From NCBI GenBank assembly GCA_027624795.1, contig JAQBTX010000001.1, positions 27,170-91,169 of the forward strand: a stretch of 64,000 nt of DNA. Reading direction: 5' to 3'. The notes beneath the pieces were generated by a model. It saw only the letters and a list, made by a program, of their open reading frames with translations, was not told where the DNA came from and searched no databases. A program made the translations under genes and the position numbers. This document shows positions 18,221 through 28,467 of this stretch, piece by piece. Numbering within the stretch: position 1 is the stretch's first letter; each line of letters starts with the position of its first letter. Source of the DNA: a bacterium. GTDB taxonomy: Bacteria > Patescibacteriota > Microgenomatia > UBA1406 > GWC2-37-13.

Positions 18221-21181
18221 ATGATTTCTGATCCCATCAAACTCAACACCAGTCAGCGCCAAGCCGTAGAATATACTTCTGGTCCTCTCCTTATTGTTGC
18301 TGGTGCTGGAACGGGCAAAACTAACACATTAGTTGAGAAGATAAAGTATCTGATAAGTGAGAAACTCGCAAAACCTGAAGAAATCCTCTGTCTTACGTTT
18401 ACTGAAAAAGCTGCCTATGAAATGGAAGAGCGGGTCGATAAGGCAATGCCCTATGGTTACTTTCAAATGTGGATCTCGACGTTTCACAAGTTTGCAGACG
18501 AAGTCCTCCGCAATGATATCTATCATATGGGTTTAAACCCCGCATACAATCTCATGACGCAAGCCCAGTCAATCCTTTTTTTGAAAAAGAACCTCTTTCA
18601 GCTTGATCTCAAGTACTTTCGACCGGTGAGTAATCCCAATAAGTTTATCGAAGGATTACTGCAACATTTTTCCCGGCTCCATGATGAGGATATTAGCCCG
18701 GAAGAATACGGGAAATGGGTGAGATCCCCGACTCCTCGCTCCGCTCGTCTCGAGGATGACGATAGTAGAAACCACGATGAACTCGATCAATACGCCGAAC
18801 TTGCCAGCGCCTACTCAACATATCAAAAGCTCAAGTTGGAACATGATGTCATGGACTTTGATGATCTTATTTATTATGCAATTAAGCTCTTTCGAGAGCG
18901 TCCCAATATATTAAAACAGTATCAAAAGAAGTTTAAATATGTCTTGGTTGATGAGTTTCAAGACACCAATATTGCACAGTATGAACTTATCAAACTACTC
19001 TGCCCACCCGATTCAAACCAACATCTGACGGTGGTTGGGGACGATTCTCAAGCAATTTACAAGTTCCGCGGAGCGTCAGTCTCAAACATCATGACATTCA
19101 TGGAGGATTATAAAACAGCCCACCAAGTCAGTCTTTTAGATAACTACCGCTCAAATCAAACTATCCTTAATCACGCGTATCGACTCATACAAAATAACAA
19201 TCCTGACACACTTGAAAGCAAGCTTGGAATCTCAAAGGAACTCGTCGGTCATGCAAAAAATATCAAAGATGCCGTGCAGTTTGAGTTATTTTCACATGGC
19301 AACACTGAGGCAGACTGGATTGCAGATACAATTAAAACGTTACATGAAACAAGATACACGCTCTCCGACTTTGCCATCCTCGTCCGCGCAAATAGCCACA
19401 GCGATCCCATCATAAATGCCCTAAAACGAAGTGGTATTCCCTATCAATTCTTGGGTCCGGGGACTCTTTTCAAGCAACCTGAAGTCAAAGACTTAATTGC
19501 GTATCTCCAAGTGCTTTCGGATCTTGACGACACTGTCTCTTTATACCGCGTTCTGAGTATGGAGCTCTTTGAGCTTGAAGAGCAGGATGTGGTGTTACTC
19601 ATGTCTTTTGCTAAAAAAACCTCTCTGTCACTTTTTCAGGCACTCGAAGTGTACCTGTCATTTTTCCACGATGAGTGGAGGAGTACTGAACATGAGATCT
19701 ATAAAGAGCATATTCCACTCATACCAGAAAAGACCCGCGAAAAACTCATTGTGATAATCCAGATGATCAAAAATCACTTGAAAAGACTTCGCAAAGATAG
19801 CGCTGGAGAAATCTTGTATGAATTCTTGGCAGACACGGGGTATTTATCAAAGCTGAGCAATCCTGAAAACGAATATGAGCAACAAAAAACGCTCAATGTC
19901 ACTAAATTTTTCCAAAAGCTCAAAAATATGGAGAATGAGATCGATGATACCTCGGTCTTTTCAGCTGTAGAATATATCAAAATGAGTATAGATATGGGAG
20001 AGTCCCCTCTTGCATCTGATTCTGACGCAATGCCCACGAATGCGGTGAATATCCTCACAGTTCACGGCGCAAAGGGTCTTGAGTTCCCTGTTGTTTTTAT
20101 GCCAGATCTCATAAAAGGTCGATTCCCAACAAACAATCGTCGAGAACAAATTCCCATCCCTGATGCACTTATCAAAGAGAAAATGCCTTCAGGCGATTAT
20201 CACATTCAAGAAGAAAGAAGGCTTTTTTATGTCGGACTTACCCGTGCAAAAGAAAGATTATTTCTTTCTGCCTCAGAGATATATGGCGAAGGCGTCCGGA
20301 AGAATCGCGTCTCCCCGTTTGTTGGAGAAACAGTCGGAGAAGAGGGCGTAACGAATAAATCAGCAATTCGTGCGGAACAAAAAGAGCAACTTTCAATCTT
20401 TGATTTCAAAAAAAAGCCAGAGAGTGAACCCATTCCGATTCCTACAGATATTAAAAATCTGTCCCACTCTCAGATAAATACTTACGAGATGTGTCCTCTG
20501 AAGTACAAATATCAGTATGTTTTAAAAATTCCAACCGGGGGAAACGCAGCTTCTTCATTTGGAAGTAGCATTCACCATGCGCTCCATAAGTTTTATAAAG
20601 GGTTTAGTACCGATCGAAGCTTTGGACTCACACATCTCATGAATCTGCTTGAAACCTCATGGATCCCGGTGGGATACAGATCTCGAGACGAGCAGTCACA
20701 GATGAAAGAAGAAGCGCGCCACATGCTCGAAAACTATTTTCATACCTTTCATAGTCCTGAAATTGAGATCATGGATCTTGAAAAACTGTTCAAAATACGA
20801 GTGGGAAGTGATATTTTTTTGACGGGAAAAATTGATCGTGTGGATACAAAAGCAGATGGAACTATAGAAATAATTGATTATAAAACCGGTAAAATGCCTG
20901 ATGAAAAGAAACTCAAAAAAGATATGCAACTTGCGATTTACGCCATGGCAGCAAGTGATTTTGGACTCTATCATAAACCAATTGAGAAGATCGATCTGTC
21001 TTTTTACTACCTCCAGCATAGAGAAAAAATCACCTTACAACGAACAGAGGAAGATATTCATACGGTCAAAATGCATGTGCGTGAAATCGCTGAGAAAATT
21101 CGTGAAGGAGTATTCCCTGCACAAAAAAGTAAGGCGTGTGACTTTTGTGATTTCAAGATGATCTGCGAGGCGTGGCAATGA
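18221..21181 (+). CDS. UvrD/PcrA-type SF1 helicase fused to C-terminal PD-(D/E)XK nuclease with four Cys (AddAB/AdnAB-like)
   Basis: AGAGTGKT, VDEFQDTN, VGDDSQAIY.FRGA, KGLEFPVVF, EERRLFYV.LTRAK; C-term CPLKY, GKIDRVD, IIDYKTG, QLAIY, CDFCDFKMIC. Confidence 0.92.
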   Translation: MISDPIKLNTSQRQAVEYTSGPLLIVAGAGTGKTNTLVEKIKYLISEKLAKPEEILCLTFTEKAAYEMEERVDKAMPYGYFQMWISTFHKFADEVLRNDIYHMGLNPAYNLMTQAQSILFLKKNLFQLDLKYFRPVSNPNKFIEGLLQHFSRLHDEDISPEEYGKWVRSPTPRSARLEDDDSRNHDELDQYAELASAYSTYQKLKLEHDVMDFDDLIYYAIKLFRERPNILKQYQKKFKYVLVDEFQDTNIAQYELIKLLCPPDSNQHLTVVGDDSQAIYKFRGASVSNIMTFMEDYKTAHQVSLLDNYRSNQTILNHAYRLIQNNNPDTLESKLGISKELVGHAKNIKDAVQFELFSHGNTEADWIADTIKTLHETRYTLSDFAILVRANSHSDPIINALKRSGIPYQFLGPGTLFKQPEVKDLIAYLQVLSDLDDTVSLYRVLSMELFELEEQDVVLLMSFAKKTSLSLFQALEVYLSFFHDEWRSTEHEIYKEHIPLIPEKTREKLIVIIQMIKNHLKRLRKDSAGEILYEFLADTGYLSKLSNPENEYEQQKTLNVTKFFQKLKNMENEIDDTSVFSAVEYIKMSIDMGESPLASDSDAMPTNAVNILTVHGAKGLEFPVVFMPDLIKGRFPTNNRREQIPIPDALIKEKMPSGDYHIQEERRLFYVGLTRAKERLFLSASEIYGEGVRKNRVSPFVGETVGEEGVTNKSAIRAEQKEQLSIFDFKKKPESEPIPIPTDIKNLSHSQINTYEMCPLKYKYQYVLKIPTGGNAASSFGSSIHHALHKFYKGFSTDRSFGLTHLMNLLETSWIPVGYRSRDEQSQMKEEARHMLENYFHTFHSPEIEIMDLEKLFKIRVGSDIFLTGKIDRVDTKADGTIEIIDYKTGKMPDEKKLKKDMQLAIYAMAASDFGLYHKPIEKIDLSFYYLQHREKITLQRTEEDIHTVKMHVREIAEKIREGVFPAQKSKACDFCDFKMICEAWQ
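18721..18761 (-). repeat. CGTC-tagged palindromic repeat inside helicase CDS
   Basis: Reverse complement CGTCATCCTCGAGACGAGCGGAGCGAGGAGTCGGGGATCTC; encodes RSPTPRSARLEDD. Confidence 0.7.
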
Positions 21182-21833
21182 CTTTATACCTCAGCACCAC
21201 CTCATCCTCAAGTTTTTCGACCGATTCAAGTTTGAACTGGGGCACTTCGTCAGGAGGAAATAGAATACCCTCGACCATGGTCAGAGTTTTGTCAGGCAGT
21301 GATCCAAATATTTTGGGAGCAATCGTGAGATGGATCTCATCGAGAACTCTCGCTTCAAGCAGTTGAGCAATAAGGTTTGGCCCTCCATCAATAAAAACGT
21401 TTTTGTAGCCTTTGGAGTTCAAATACTCTATTAACTTTTGTGGCGTAACTCGTGATTCTCCTTCGTTTGGTGTCAAAATGGTGGGCTTAAATCCATGATC
21501 ATTTTTTAATGCATTATGAAGTTCTTCATCAGGACGAGAAGTGATAACAATGTATTCTGGTAAAGGTGGCTTGCCAAGGTCTTTTCTAAATCCTTGGTAC
21601 ATATCTTCATGAATCCTTTTTATAATGTATTTGGCAAAACGAACTGCTGTATTTCTGGCATCAACTAGAGCATCAGCATGCGCGCGAAGATAGGTAAAAT
21701 ACTCTTTATCTTTTTCCGTCCCAATCGGCCAGTAGCCTTTCTCTTTTACGATAATTTTTCCGTCAATAGATGAGATAAAGCTGGTGAAAAGGTATGGTCG
21801 ATCTGGATGAGTCGGAAAAACGAAAGGTTGCAT
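21153..21833 (-). CDS. RibD C-terminal domain / DHFR-fold reductase
   Basis: SSIDGKI, VFIDGGPNL, LDEIHLTIAPKIFG; start trimmed to ATG 21833. Confidence 0.85.
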   Translation of the reverse strand: MQPFVFPTHPDRPYLFTSFISSIDGKIIVKEKGYWPIGTEKDKEYFTYLRAHADALVDARNTAVRFAKYIIKRIHEDMYQGFRKDLGKPPLPEYIVITSRPDEELHNALKNDHGFKPTILTPNEGESRVTPQKLIEYLNSKGYKNVFIDGGPNLIAQLLEARVLDEIHLTIAPKIFGSLPDKTLTMVEGILFPPDEVPQFKLESVEKLEDEVVLRYKVIATPRRSS

Positions 21834-21864
21834 ACAGTATTGTACCTCAATTCTCAATTTATTT

Positions 21865-22521
21865 TTACTTCTGAGTGTCAGACCGAAGCCACTTTACGCC
21901 CCAATATACTAGAGGTGTTTCGATCACTGACATCGAGCATTTAAGAAGCCAATACGGCACAATCAAGCTCACTAGAAATCCAACGTTAGCGTCAAACCCT
22001 CTGTCAAGTGAGTAAAATGCTAGAAACATAAACACAGTTGTATCTATAAGCTGCGCTACAAAGTTTGAGGCATTATTTCGAAGCCAAAGCCTACTCTTTC
22101 CAAGACGTGCTCGTATGCGTGCAAAAATGAAAATGTCAAGAAAATCAGCAAGCGCAAAGGCAGTCAGACTTGCAATAGTGATGCGAAGCGATTTTCCAAA
22201 AATCGAGTCATATGCTTCTTCTGACCCAGCAAAACGTGCAGATGGGGGAAGTGATATTGCAAGAAGGATAAACCCCATAAGAAGAACTATCATGAAAAGT
22301 CCCGTGCGGACAATACTCCTTGCTCGCTCTGCTCCGTAGACTTCAATGACCATATCGTTAATCGTAAAAAGCAGTGGAATAACAAAGATCGCAACACTGG
22401 CATTGAGTGTAAATGTTCCAATCGTTAAAAGAGGAAAGGTCTTAGCCCCCATAAGCTCTGCTACTATTATGCCAAATATATAGATCCCTACCAAGAGGTC
22501 CATTTTTTGCATCTTGAACAT
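21865..22521 (-). CDS. Queuosine precursor transporter family (YhhQ/Vut_1)
   Basis: FTINDMVIEVYG..RAR, RITIASLTAF...FLDI, LWLRNNASNFVAQLIDT, ETPLVY. Confidence 0.88.
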   Translation of the reverse strand: MFKMQKMDLLVGIYIFGIIVAELMGAKTFPLLTIGTFTLNASVAIFVIPLLFTINDMVIEVYGAERARSIVRTGLFMIVLLMGFILLAISLPPSARFAGSEEAYDSIFGKSLRITIASLTAFALADFLDIFIFARIRARLGKSRLWLRNNASNFVAQLIDTTVFMFLAFYSLDRGFDANVGFLVSLIVPYWLLKCSMSVIETPLVYWGVKWLRSDTQK

Positions 22522-22542
22522 ATTTTTTTATTATTAGTAATT

Positions 22543-22596
22543 GATTTATGAATTATGATTTAAGAATCATGAACCTTAAATCTAAATTCTATATTC
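22543..22596. repeat. Heptamer-phased AT-rich inverted repeat
   Basis: GATTTAT GAATTAT GATTTAA GA ... CTTAAATC TAAATTC TATATTC. Confidence 0.55.
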
Positions 22597-23958
22597 TTAA
22601 TGAGATAGTATACCACGAATAGTGGGGTACAGATCGCTTATTAAGTAGAGTGAACCCGTTATAACTAATATGTTTGATCCATCGTTCCATGCAATACGCA
22701 ATGCATCGATCGCATGAGGGTATGACTCTGTGGTGACCCTAGAACCTGATTCTTTTATACGTTTCTCTATATTTCCAGTTGATTCGGGATGGATCATATA
22801 GGTACCATCTTGTTTGGCAAATTCAGTTATATACATATGACGCGCAAGGGGGAGGATGAGATCTAACATCGATTCGTAATCTTTACCCCGCTTAAATCCA
22901 ATCAAAAAATCAAATTTCTTGTTTGGATATATTGTTTTCAAACTTTCTATAAAAGCAGACATTTTCTGTGGGTTGTGTGCTCCATCGAGGATAATCTTTT
23001 TCTCACCATAATCTATGATTTCAAATCTCCCCGGTGAAGTTATGGATTGTAATGTTTCTCGAGTAGCAGCTTCATCAATGGTAAACCCATCGCGCTTAGA
23101 TAATTCATACAACACACTCAGTGCAATTGAGACATTTTCTACCTGATATTCGCCTTTGAGGGAAAGCTCAATATCTGACAATGTTAAATCGTCATAATGG
23201 TAATTAAATATGCTGCCCTTGAGGCTTGATCGAAGACCAAAATATGTTTTGTGGGGAACAACGTAGTTCACCGATATGTTGCACGTTTGTGCGCGCTTTT
23301 CAATGACTGCATTAATACCTTCTTCTTGCTGTAAAACAACGACCATGTTGTTAGGGTGAATGATGGCTGCCTTTTCAGTTGCAATTTTTTCAACCGTATC
23401 TCCCAAGATTTCAGTATGATCTAAGCCAATTCGAGTAATAACAGCAAGTTTATTTGATTGCCTTGCAATATTTGTGGCATCGAGCCTGCCGCCCATGCCC
23501 GTTTCCATAACTGCATAATCTACACCTTCCTTATAAAAGATGTAATAGGCAAGCATGACAGTTATTTCAAAATAAGTCGGGTGACCAACACTGCTTAATC
23601 GCATCTTTTCGAGAATGGGTGAGATTTCACTTATGTATGAACAAATAGTTTCTACCGGAAGGAGCGTGTCATTTATAGAAAACCGCTCACGCATGTCTAT
23701 GAGATGGGGAGAGATACTTGATCCCACCTTGAAACCTTGTGCATGAAGAAGAGAGCTGAGAATCCGAGTCGTCGAACCTTTCCCTGATGTACCAGCAATA
23801 TGCACCACTTTAATGTTGTTTTGCGGATTTCCCAGTTTTTCTGCCAAATACTCAGTTCGATCAAATGAAAAATCACTCCCTCCTTGAGAATGCTTATTAT
23901 TTTCATCACGAAAGGTATACAGATATTCTTGTGCTTGTTTAAGTGTTTTAATGTTCAT
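22597..23958 (-). CDS. folC: Folylpolyglutamate synthase/dihydrofolate synthase
   Basis: VHIAGTSGKGST, SPHL....ERF, ETGMGGRLDATN, LDHTEILG, LDGAHNP, TGSLYL. Confidence 0.95.
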   Translation of the reverse strand: MNIKTLKQAQEYLYTFRDENNKHSQGGSDFSFDRTEYLAEKLGNPQNNIKVVHIAGTSGKGSTTRILSSLLHAQGFKVGSSISPHLIDMRERFSINDTLLPVETICSYISEISPILEKMRLSSVGHPTYFEITVMLAYYIFYKEGVDYAVMETGMGGRLDATNIARQSNKLAVITRIGLDHTEILGDTVEKIATEKAAIIHPNNMVVVLQQEEGINAVIEKRAQTCNISVNYVVPHKTYFGLRSSLKGSIFNYHYDDLTLSDIELSLKGEYQVENVSIALSVLYELSKRDGFTIDEAATRETLQSITSPGRFEIIDYGEKKIILDGAHNPQKMSAFIESLKTIYPNKKFDFLIGFKRGKDYESMLDLILPLARHMYITEFAKQDGTYMIHPESTGNIEKRIKESGSRVTTESYPHAIDALRIAWNDGSNILVITGSLYLISDLYPTIRGILSH

Positions 23959-24088
23959 TATCTAAGCTAGTATTGTACCAATAAATGAGTAAATGAATAT
24001 ATGGGTACCTTAAATCTATAATTCAAGTTGTATTTATGAGTCCAGTTTGATACCCTGTTTCAAATAATTATTAATTCATATATTTATC

Positions 24089-25423
24089 ATGGTTAATAAG
24101 CAAAAAGATACAAAGATCTATGACCTGATTAAAGAAGAAACTGCCCGGCAAAAGCATGGAATTGAATTAATCCCCTCAGAAAACTACGCATCAGCACATG
24201 TTCGTGCTCCACTTTCTTCTCCGTTTGTGAATAAATATTCAGAAGGATACCCGTATAAACGATATTACGGAGGCAATGAATTTGTAGACCAAGTGGAATC
24301 ATTGGCTCAAGAACGAGTTAAAAAATTATTTGGTGTGGAATATGCAAATGTGCAGCCTTACTCTGGATCACCTGCTAACTTTGCAGTATATATGGCTACG
24401 GTTAAGCCGGGAGATACCATTATGGGGCAAGCGCTCATAACGGGTGGTCATCTGACCCACGGATCTCATGTATCGTTTAGCGCCATATATTTTAATAGTG
24501 TCCAATATGGAGTAATGACCAAACGAAAAGGAAAAGATGGATTGTTTGATTTTGATGAAATTCGAAAACTTGCTAAAAAACACAAGCCAAAGCTCATATG
24601 GGTAGGCGCTTCAGCGTACCCTCTCGAAATACCTTTTAAAAAGTTTGCTCAAATTGCCGATGAAGTAGGAGCATACTTAGTGGCAGATATAGCTCACATT
24701 GCAGGACTCGTTGTTGCCGGAGAACATCCATCACCCGTTCCCCATGTCCACATAGTCACTACGACAACCCATAAAACACTTCGGGGTCCACGTGGAGGCA
24801 TAATTATGGTTACCAAAAAGGGATTGAAAAAGGATCCAGAATTACCCATGAAAATCAATAAAGCCATATTTCCCGGGCTCCAGGGAGGACCTCATGATAA
24901 CCAGACAGCCGCAATAGCTGTTGCGCTATATGAAGCATCGCAACCATCTTTTAAAACCTATGCCAAACGCATAAAAGCAAATTCAGAAGCGTTGGCCAAG
25001 ACACTTATGGATGGAGGACTCACTTTAGTAGGAGATGGTTCTGAAAATCATCTTATTCTTGTTGATTTAACCACCACACATGGTGCTGGTTCAGGTTGTT
25101 TTGCCGAATATGCACTTGATGCAATGGGTCTCACTTTGAATAAAAATACCGTACCTGGAGAACAAAGCTCACCATTCTATCCATCAGGAATACGACTGGG
25201 TACACCCGCTGCAACCACTCGTGGTATGAATATAAAAGACATGAAATTTATTGGGAAGATGATGCTCAAGGTCTTGGAACTTACCAAAAAGTACTTGTTA
25301 CCCGATAAAACTCAACGAATTGAATATATCGCCAAATTTAAAAAAGAGATAGATAAGAACAAAGATATCAAGAAATGGAAAAAGGAAGTGAAGGCATTTG
25401 CCTCACCCTTTCTGATTCCGTAA
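24089..25423 (+). CDS. glyA: Serine hydroxymethyltransferase
   Basis: ELIPSENY, NKYSEGYPYKRYYGG, GGHLTHG, TTTTHKTLRGPRGG, SGIRLGTPA. Confidence 0.98.
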   Translation: MVNKQKDTKIYDLIKEETARQKHGIELIPSENYASAHVRAPLSSPFVNKYSEGYPYKRYYGGNEFVDQVESLAQERVKKLFGVEYANVQPYSGSPANFAVYMATVKPGDTIMGQALITGGHLTHGSHVSFSAIYFNSVQYGVMTKRKGKDGLFDFDEIRKLAKKHKPKLIWVGASAYPLEIPFKKFAQIADEVGAYLVADIAHIAGLVVAGEHPSPVPHVHIVTTTTHKTLRGPRGGIIMVTKKGLKKDPELPMKINKAIFPGLQGGPHDNQTAAIAVALYEASQPSFKTYAKRIKANSEALAKTLMDGGLTLVGDGSENHLILVDLTTTHGAGSGCFAEYALDAMGLTLNKNTVPGEQSSPFYPSGIRLGTPAATTRGMNIKDMKFIGKMMLKVLELTKKYLLPDKTQRIEYIAKFKKEIDKNKDIKKWKKEVKAFASPFLIP

Positions 25424-25440
25424 TCGTATAATACTCATAT

Positions 25441-25746
25441 ATGATTCGATTTCTTATTGCAGGAGACGTGGTAATGGCCGCAGTTACTGCGTGGAAATTC
25501 AAAATGCTTCCCAGCGAAGTGCCTTTATTTTACTACAAGCCGTGGGGCGAAGAACAAGTGGCTGACATTTGGTTTATACTCCTTATTCCTATACTTATAC
25601 ATCTTATGTATTTTTCAAATATCTACCTGAGTAAAAAGCTTGCTAAAGATGAACCAGTTATACAAAAGTTGTTTTTAGTAGCAAATAGTATTGTAATTTT
25701 CGGGCTCACGAGTATTTTTGTCCGCATTATATTACTTATCACGTAA
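25441..25746 (+). CDS. Small membrane protein (DUF1648-like)
   Basis: Three hydrophobic segments, LP..VPLFY..PWGEEQ motif. Confidence 0.65.
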   Translation: MIRFLIAGDVVMAAVTAWKFKMLPSEVPLFYYKPWGEEQVADIWFILLIPILIHLMYFSNIYLSKKLAKDEPVIQKLFLVANSIVIFGLTSIFVRIILLIT

Positions 25747-25748
25747 TT

Positions 25749-26810
25749 ATGGATATATTTGCATTTATCATCGCTATGATAGCATTTGTCATAGCGTACA
25801 CAACTACTCCAATCACCATATTTCTTGCAAAAAAATTTGGATTGGTGACTGATAGCGCGTCTGACTCACATCCCGCACATACACACCAGGGAATTATCCC
25901 TCGTGCTGGTGGAGTACCTATCTATGTGGCTATTCTTTTTTGCTCGATTGTCTTTTTAGATATCAATAAAATTATTGTAGGTATTCTTATTGCAGCAGGA
26001 CTTCTGGTTATCATTGGACTTTTAGATGATAAATACGATCTTTCTCCTTACATGCGATTTATTATGAATATTGCAATTGCAGTGTTGGTCGTATTGTTTG
26101 GGTTAGGTATACCGTTTGTATCCAATCCATTTGGCGGCGTTATCCCGCTTGATGAATGGACATTGTCTCTTAACATTTTTGGAATTCGAAATATTCTTAT
26201 TATTGCGGACATCATCTCTATTGCGTGGCTTGCATGGATGATGAATATGGTAAATTGGAGTAAGGGTGTGGATGGTCAACTTCCCGGATTTGTATCAATC
26301 ACTGCATTCTTCCTTGCCATTCTTGCAACTCGATTTACCGCCCATGATATCGATGCTACTACGGTAATGCACTTATCACTTATTGTGGGATCCGCGTACT
26401 TAGGATTCCTTCCTCATAATTTCTTTCCACAAAAAATCATGCCGGGGTATGGTGGGGGAGCCATGGCAGGCTTTCTACTTGGCATATTGGCTATCCTTTC
26501 ATTTGGAAAGTTTGGTACCGCGGTGCTCGTACTGGCTATTCCCACGATTGACGCAGTGTACACAGTTATACGACGCATTCATCAAAAGAAATCTCCCTTT
26601 CGAGCTGACTGGGGACATTTTCATCATCGATTAATAGATATTGGTTGGGGAAAACGAAGAATTGCCGTGTTCTATTGGCTGGTGTCACTCATGCTTGGTA
26701 TAGCTAGTATGATTCTTGAAGGTATTGAAAAGCTCGTGATATTTATCATGGTAGGTATTGCCTTACTTAGTTTTATCATAATTACCGATCGAGCAAAAAA
26801 ACTCCAATAA
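25749..26810 (+). CDS. MraY/WecA-family polyprenyl-phosphate N-acetylhexosamine-1-phosphate transferase
   Basis: PRAGG, GLLDDKYDL, N...GVDG, HNFFP.KI..G, HFHHRL. Confidence 0.9.
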   Translation: MDIFAFIIAMIAFVIAYTTTPITIFLAKKFGLVTDSASDSHPAHTHQGIIPRAGGVPIYVAILFCSIVFLDINKIIVGILIAAGLLVIIGLLDDKYDLSPYMRFIMNIAIAVLVVLFGLGIPFVSNPFGGVIPLDEWTLSLNIFGIRNILIIADIISIAWLAWMMNMVNWSKGVDGQLPGFVSITAFFLAILATRFTAHDIDATTVMHLSLIVGSAYLGFLPHNFFPQKIMPGYGGGAMAGFLLGILAILSFGKFGTAVLVLAIPTIDAVYTVIRRIHQKKSPFRADWGHFHHRLIDIGWGKRRIAVFYWLVSLMLGIASMILEGIEKLVIFIMVGIALLSFIIITDRAKKLQ

Positions 26811-26813
26811 TGT

Positions 26814-28034
26814 ATGTCTAAAAAATCAATCGTCATAGGGGTTTCATCGGGAATAGCTGCTTATAAAATTCTTGATCTAATAACTATCTTTAAAAAGCAG
26901 GGCCACGATGTGCATGTGATGATGACTCAGAAAGCTTCGCACATTCTGTCTCCGGGAAAAGTTGAAAAGCTTACCGGACATCCGGTATATATGCATCTAT
27001 TTGATAATGATTTTTCATATGAACAGATATTAAAGCAGAAAAAAGTAGATCATATTGAACTTGCTAAACATGCCGATATATTTGTCATCGCGCCAGCTAC
27101 TGCCAATATTATTGCCAAACTTGCCAACGGTTTAGCAGATGATTTCTTAACTACTTCAATTTTAGCTACTCATGCACCAGTACTCATCTGCCCTTCTATG
27201 AATGATGTCATGTGGAATCACCCGGCAACTTCGAAAAATTTAACCATTCTGAAAAGCTATGGCTATGAACTACTAGATCCTGCAACTGGATCACTAGCCT
27301 GTGGGACCGATGGTATTGGGAGATTGCCTGAGATGGATGTTATTGCAAAAGCTACTCATGAAGTATTAGAGAGAACTCAGTTGCTTGCTGGTAAAAAAAT
27401 TATCGTAACTTCTGGTGGCACTAGTGAACCCATAGATGATGCGCGCGTAATAACGAATAGATCTTCTGGCAAGATGGGTGTTGCACTTGCTGAAGCTGCG
27501 TTTCGATATGGAGCAGAGGTGACACTCCTCCGTTCACATAATTCTGTACTTTCGCACCTCCCCATAACACAAAAAGCCTACGCTTCGGTTACTGAACTAT
27601 CATCTCTTATGAAAAAAGAAGTCAAAAACAATGACATAGTCATTCATGCTGCAGCGGTTTCAGATTTTACCGTAACCAAAGCAGGGGAGAAGTTAGAGAG
27701 TTCCACTCCCCATTCTATAACCCTCTCCCCTACCAAAAAAATAATAAATGAGATTAAAAAAATAAATCCAAAAATAATACTTATTGGTTTTAAAGCGGTC
27801 ACTAATGTCATCCCGAGCGCAGTCGAGGGATCCCTTCAAAAACTCTTTGATGATGCTCATGCCGATTATGTGATCGTAAACGATATTAGTCGGAGCGATA
27901 TTGGTTTTGAATCAGATGAAAATGAAGTGTATGTTGTAGACAGTAATAAAATAATAAAACACATACTTAAAGCGCCAAAACGAGAAATTGCGAACGAGAT
28001 ATTAAAAACGATCTTTATAAATCGCTCATTATAG
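26814..28034 (+). CDS. coaBC: Phosphopantothenoylcysteine decarboxylase/synthase
   Basis: GIAAYK, APATAN.IAK, PSMNDVMW, LACG..GIGRL, GGTSEPID..R.ITNRSSGKMG, AAAVSDF. Confidence 0.96.
   Translation: MSKKSIVIGVSSGIAAYKILDLITIFKKQGHDVHVMMTQKASHILSPGKVEKLTGHPVYMHLFDNDFSYEQILKQKKVDHIELAKHADIFVIAPATANIIAKLANGLADDFLTTSILATHAPVLICPSMNDVMWNHPATSKNLTILKSYGYELLDPATGSLACGTDGIGRLPEMDVIAKATHEVLERTQLLAGKKIIVTSGGTSEPIDDARVITNRSSGKMGVALAEAAFRYGAEVTLLRSHNSVLSHLPITQKAYASVTELSSLMKKEVKNNDIVIHAAAVSDFTVTKAGEKLESSTPHSITLSPTKKIINEIKKINPKIILIGFKAVTNVIPSAVEGSLQKLFDDAHADYVIVNDISRSDIGFESDENEVYVVDSNKIIKHILKAPKREIANEILKTIFINRSL
27806..27834 (+). repeat. YGTC-tagged palindromic repeat inside coaBC
   Basis: TGTCATCCCGAGCGCAGTCGAGGGATCCC; encodes VIPSAVEGS. 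Confidence 0.75.
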
Positions 28035-28428
28035 AAAGGTAAAACTCCTTATCTTTTGGATGAGTCAATAGATTAGCTACCTCTTCTTTTTTAACCCAGC
28101 GCGCTTCTGGATTTTCTGTATCTTGAGGACTGAGCTCTTTTTGATTGGTAGTAAATAAATGCATGTGAATGGTCTTTATCTCACTGGTGTCTTCTCCTCC
28201 CTGTATACCGATTCGATGACGCGCATACGTACCAAGTTTTTTTATGTAAGTAAGCTCAGAAATACCCGATTCTTCATATATTTCTCTTTTTGCAGCAGTC
28301 ACCTCATCTTCACCAATGTCTATGTGGCCTTTGGGAAGAGACCAAGAATTACCATTTTGGTTTACCACAAGAACCATATTATCTGTATTAATCACCACTC
28401 CCCCAGCGCTCGTTGTATGTTTAGTCAT
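28015..28428 (-). CDS. NUDIX hydrolase
   Basis: Nudix box WSLPKGHIDIGEDEVTAAKREIYEESG. Confidence 0.92.
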   Translation of the reverse strand: MTKHTTSAGGVVINTDNMVLVVNQNGNSWSLPKGHIDIGEDEVTAAKREIYEESGISELTYIKKLGTYARHRIGIQGGEDTSEIKTIHMHLFTTNQKELSPQDTENPEARWVKKEEVANLLTHPKDKEFYLSIMSDL

Positions 28429-28438
28429 AGTATCTTCA

Positions 28439-28467
28439 TGTCATCCCGGACTCGATCCGGGATCCAG
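28439..28467 (+). repeat. YGTC-tagged palindromic repeat (intergenic)
   Basis: TGTCATCCCGGACTCGATCCGGGATCCAG, perfect ATCCCGGA/TCCGGGAT stem. Confidence 0.85.

Noticed and set aside
20460..21181. Cas4-like nuclease suggesting CRISPR-Cas
   Set aside because: It is the C-terminal domain of a UvrD helicase; no cas genes or repeat-spacer array were seen in the window
22522..22596. preQ1 riboswitch upstream of the yhhQ-like gene
   Set aside because: No matching stem or conserved motif; the spacer is an AT-rich heptamer repeat
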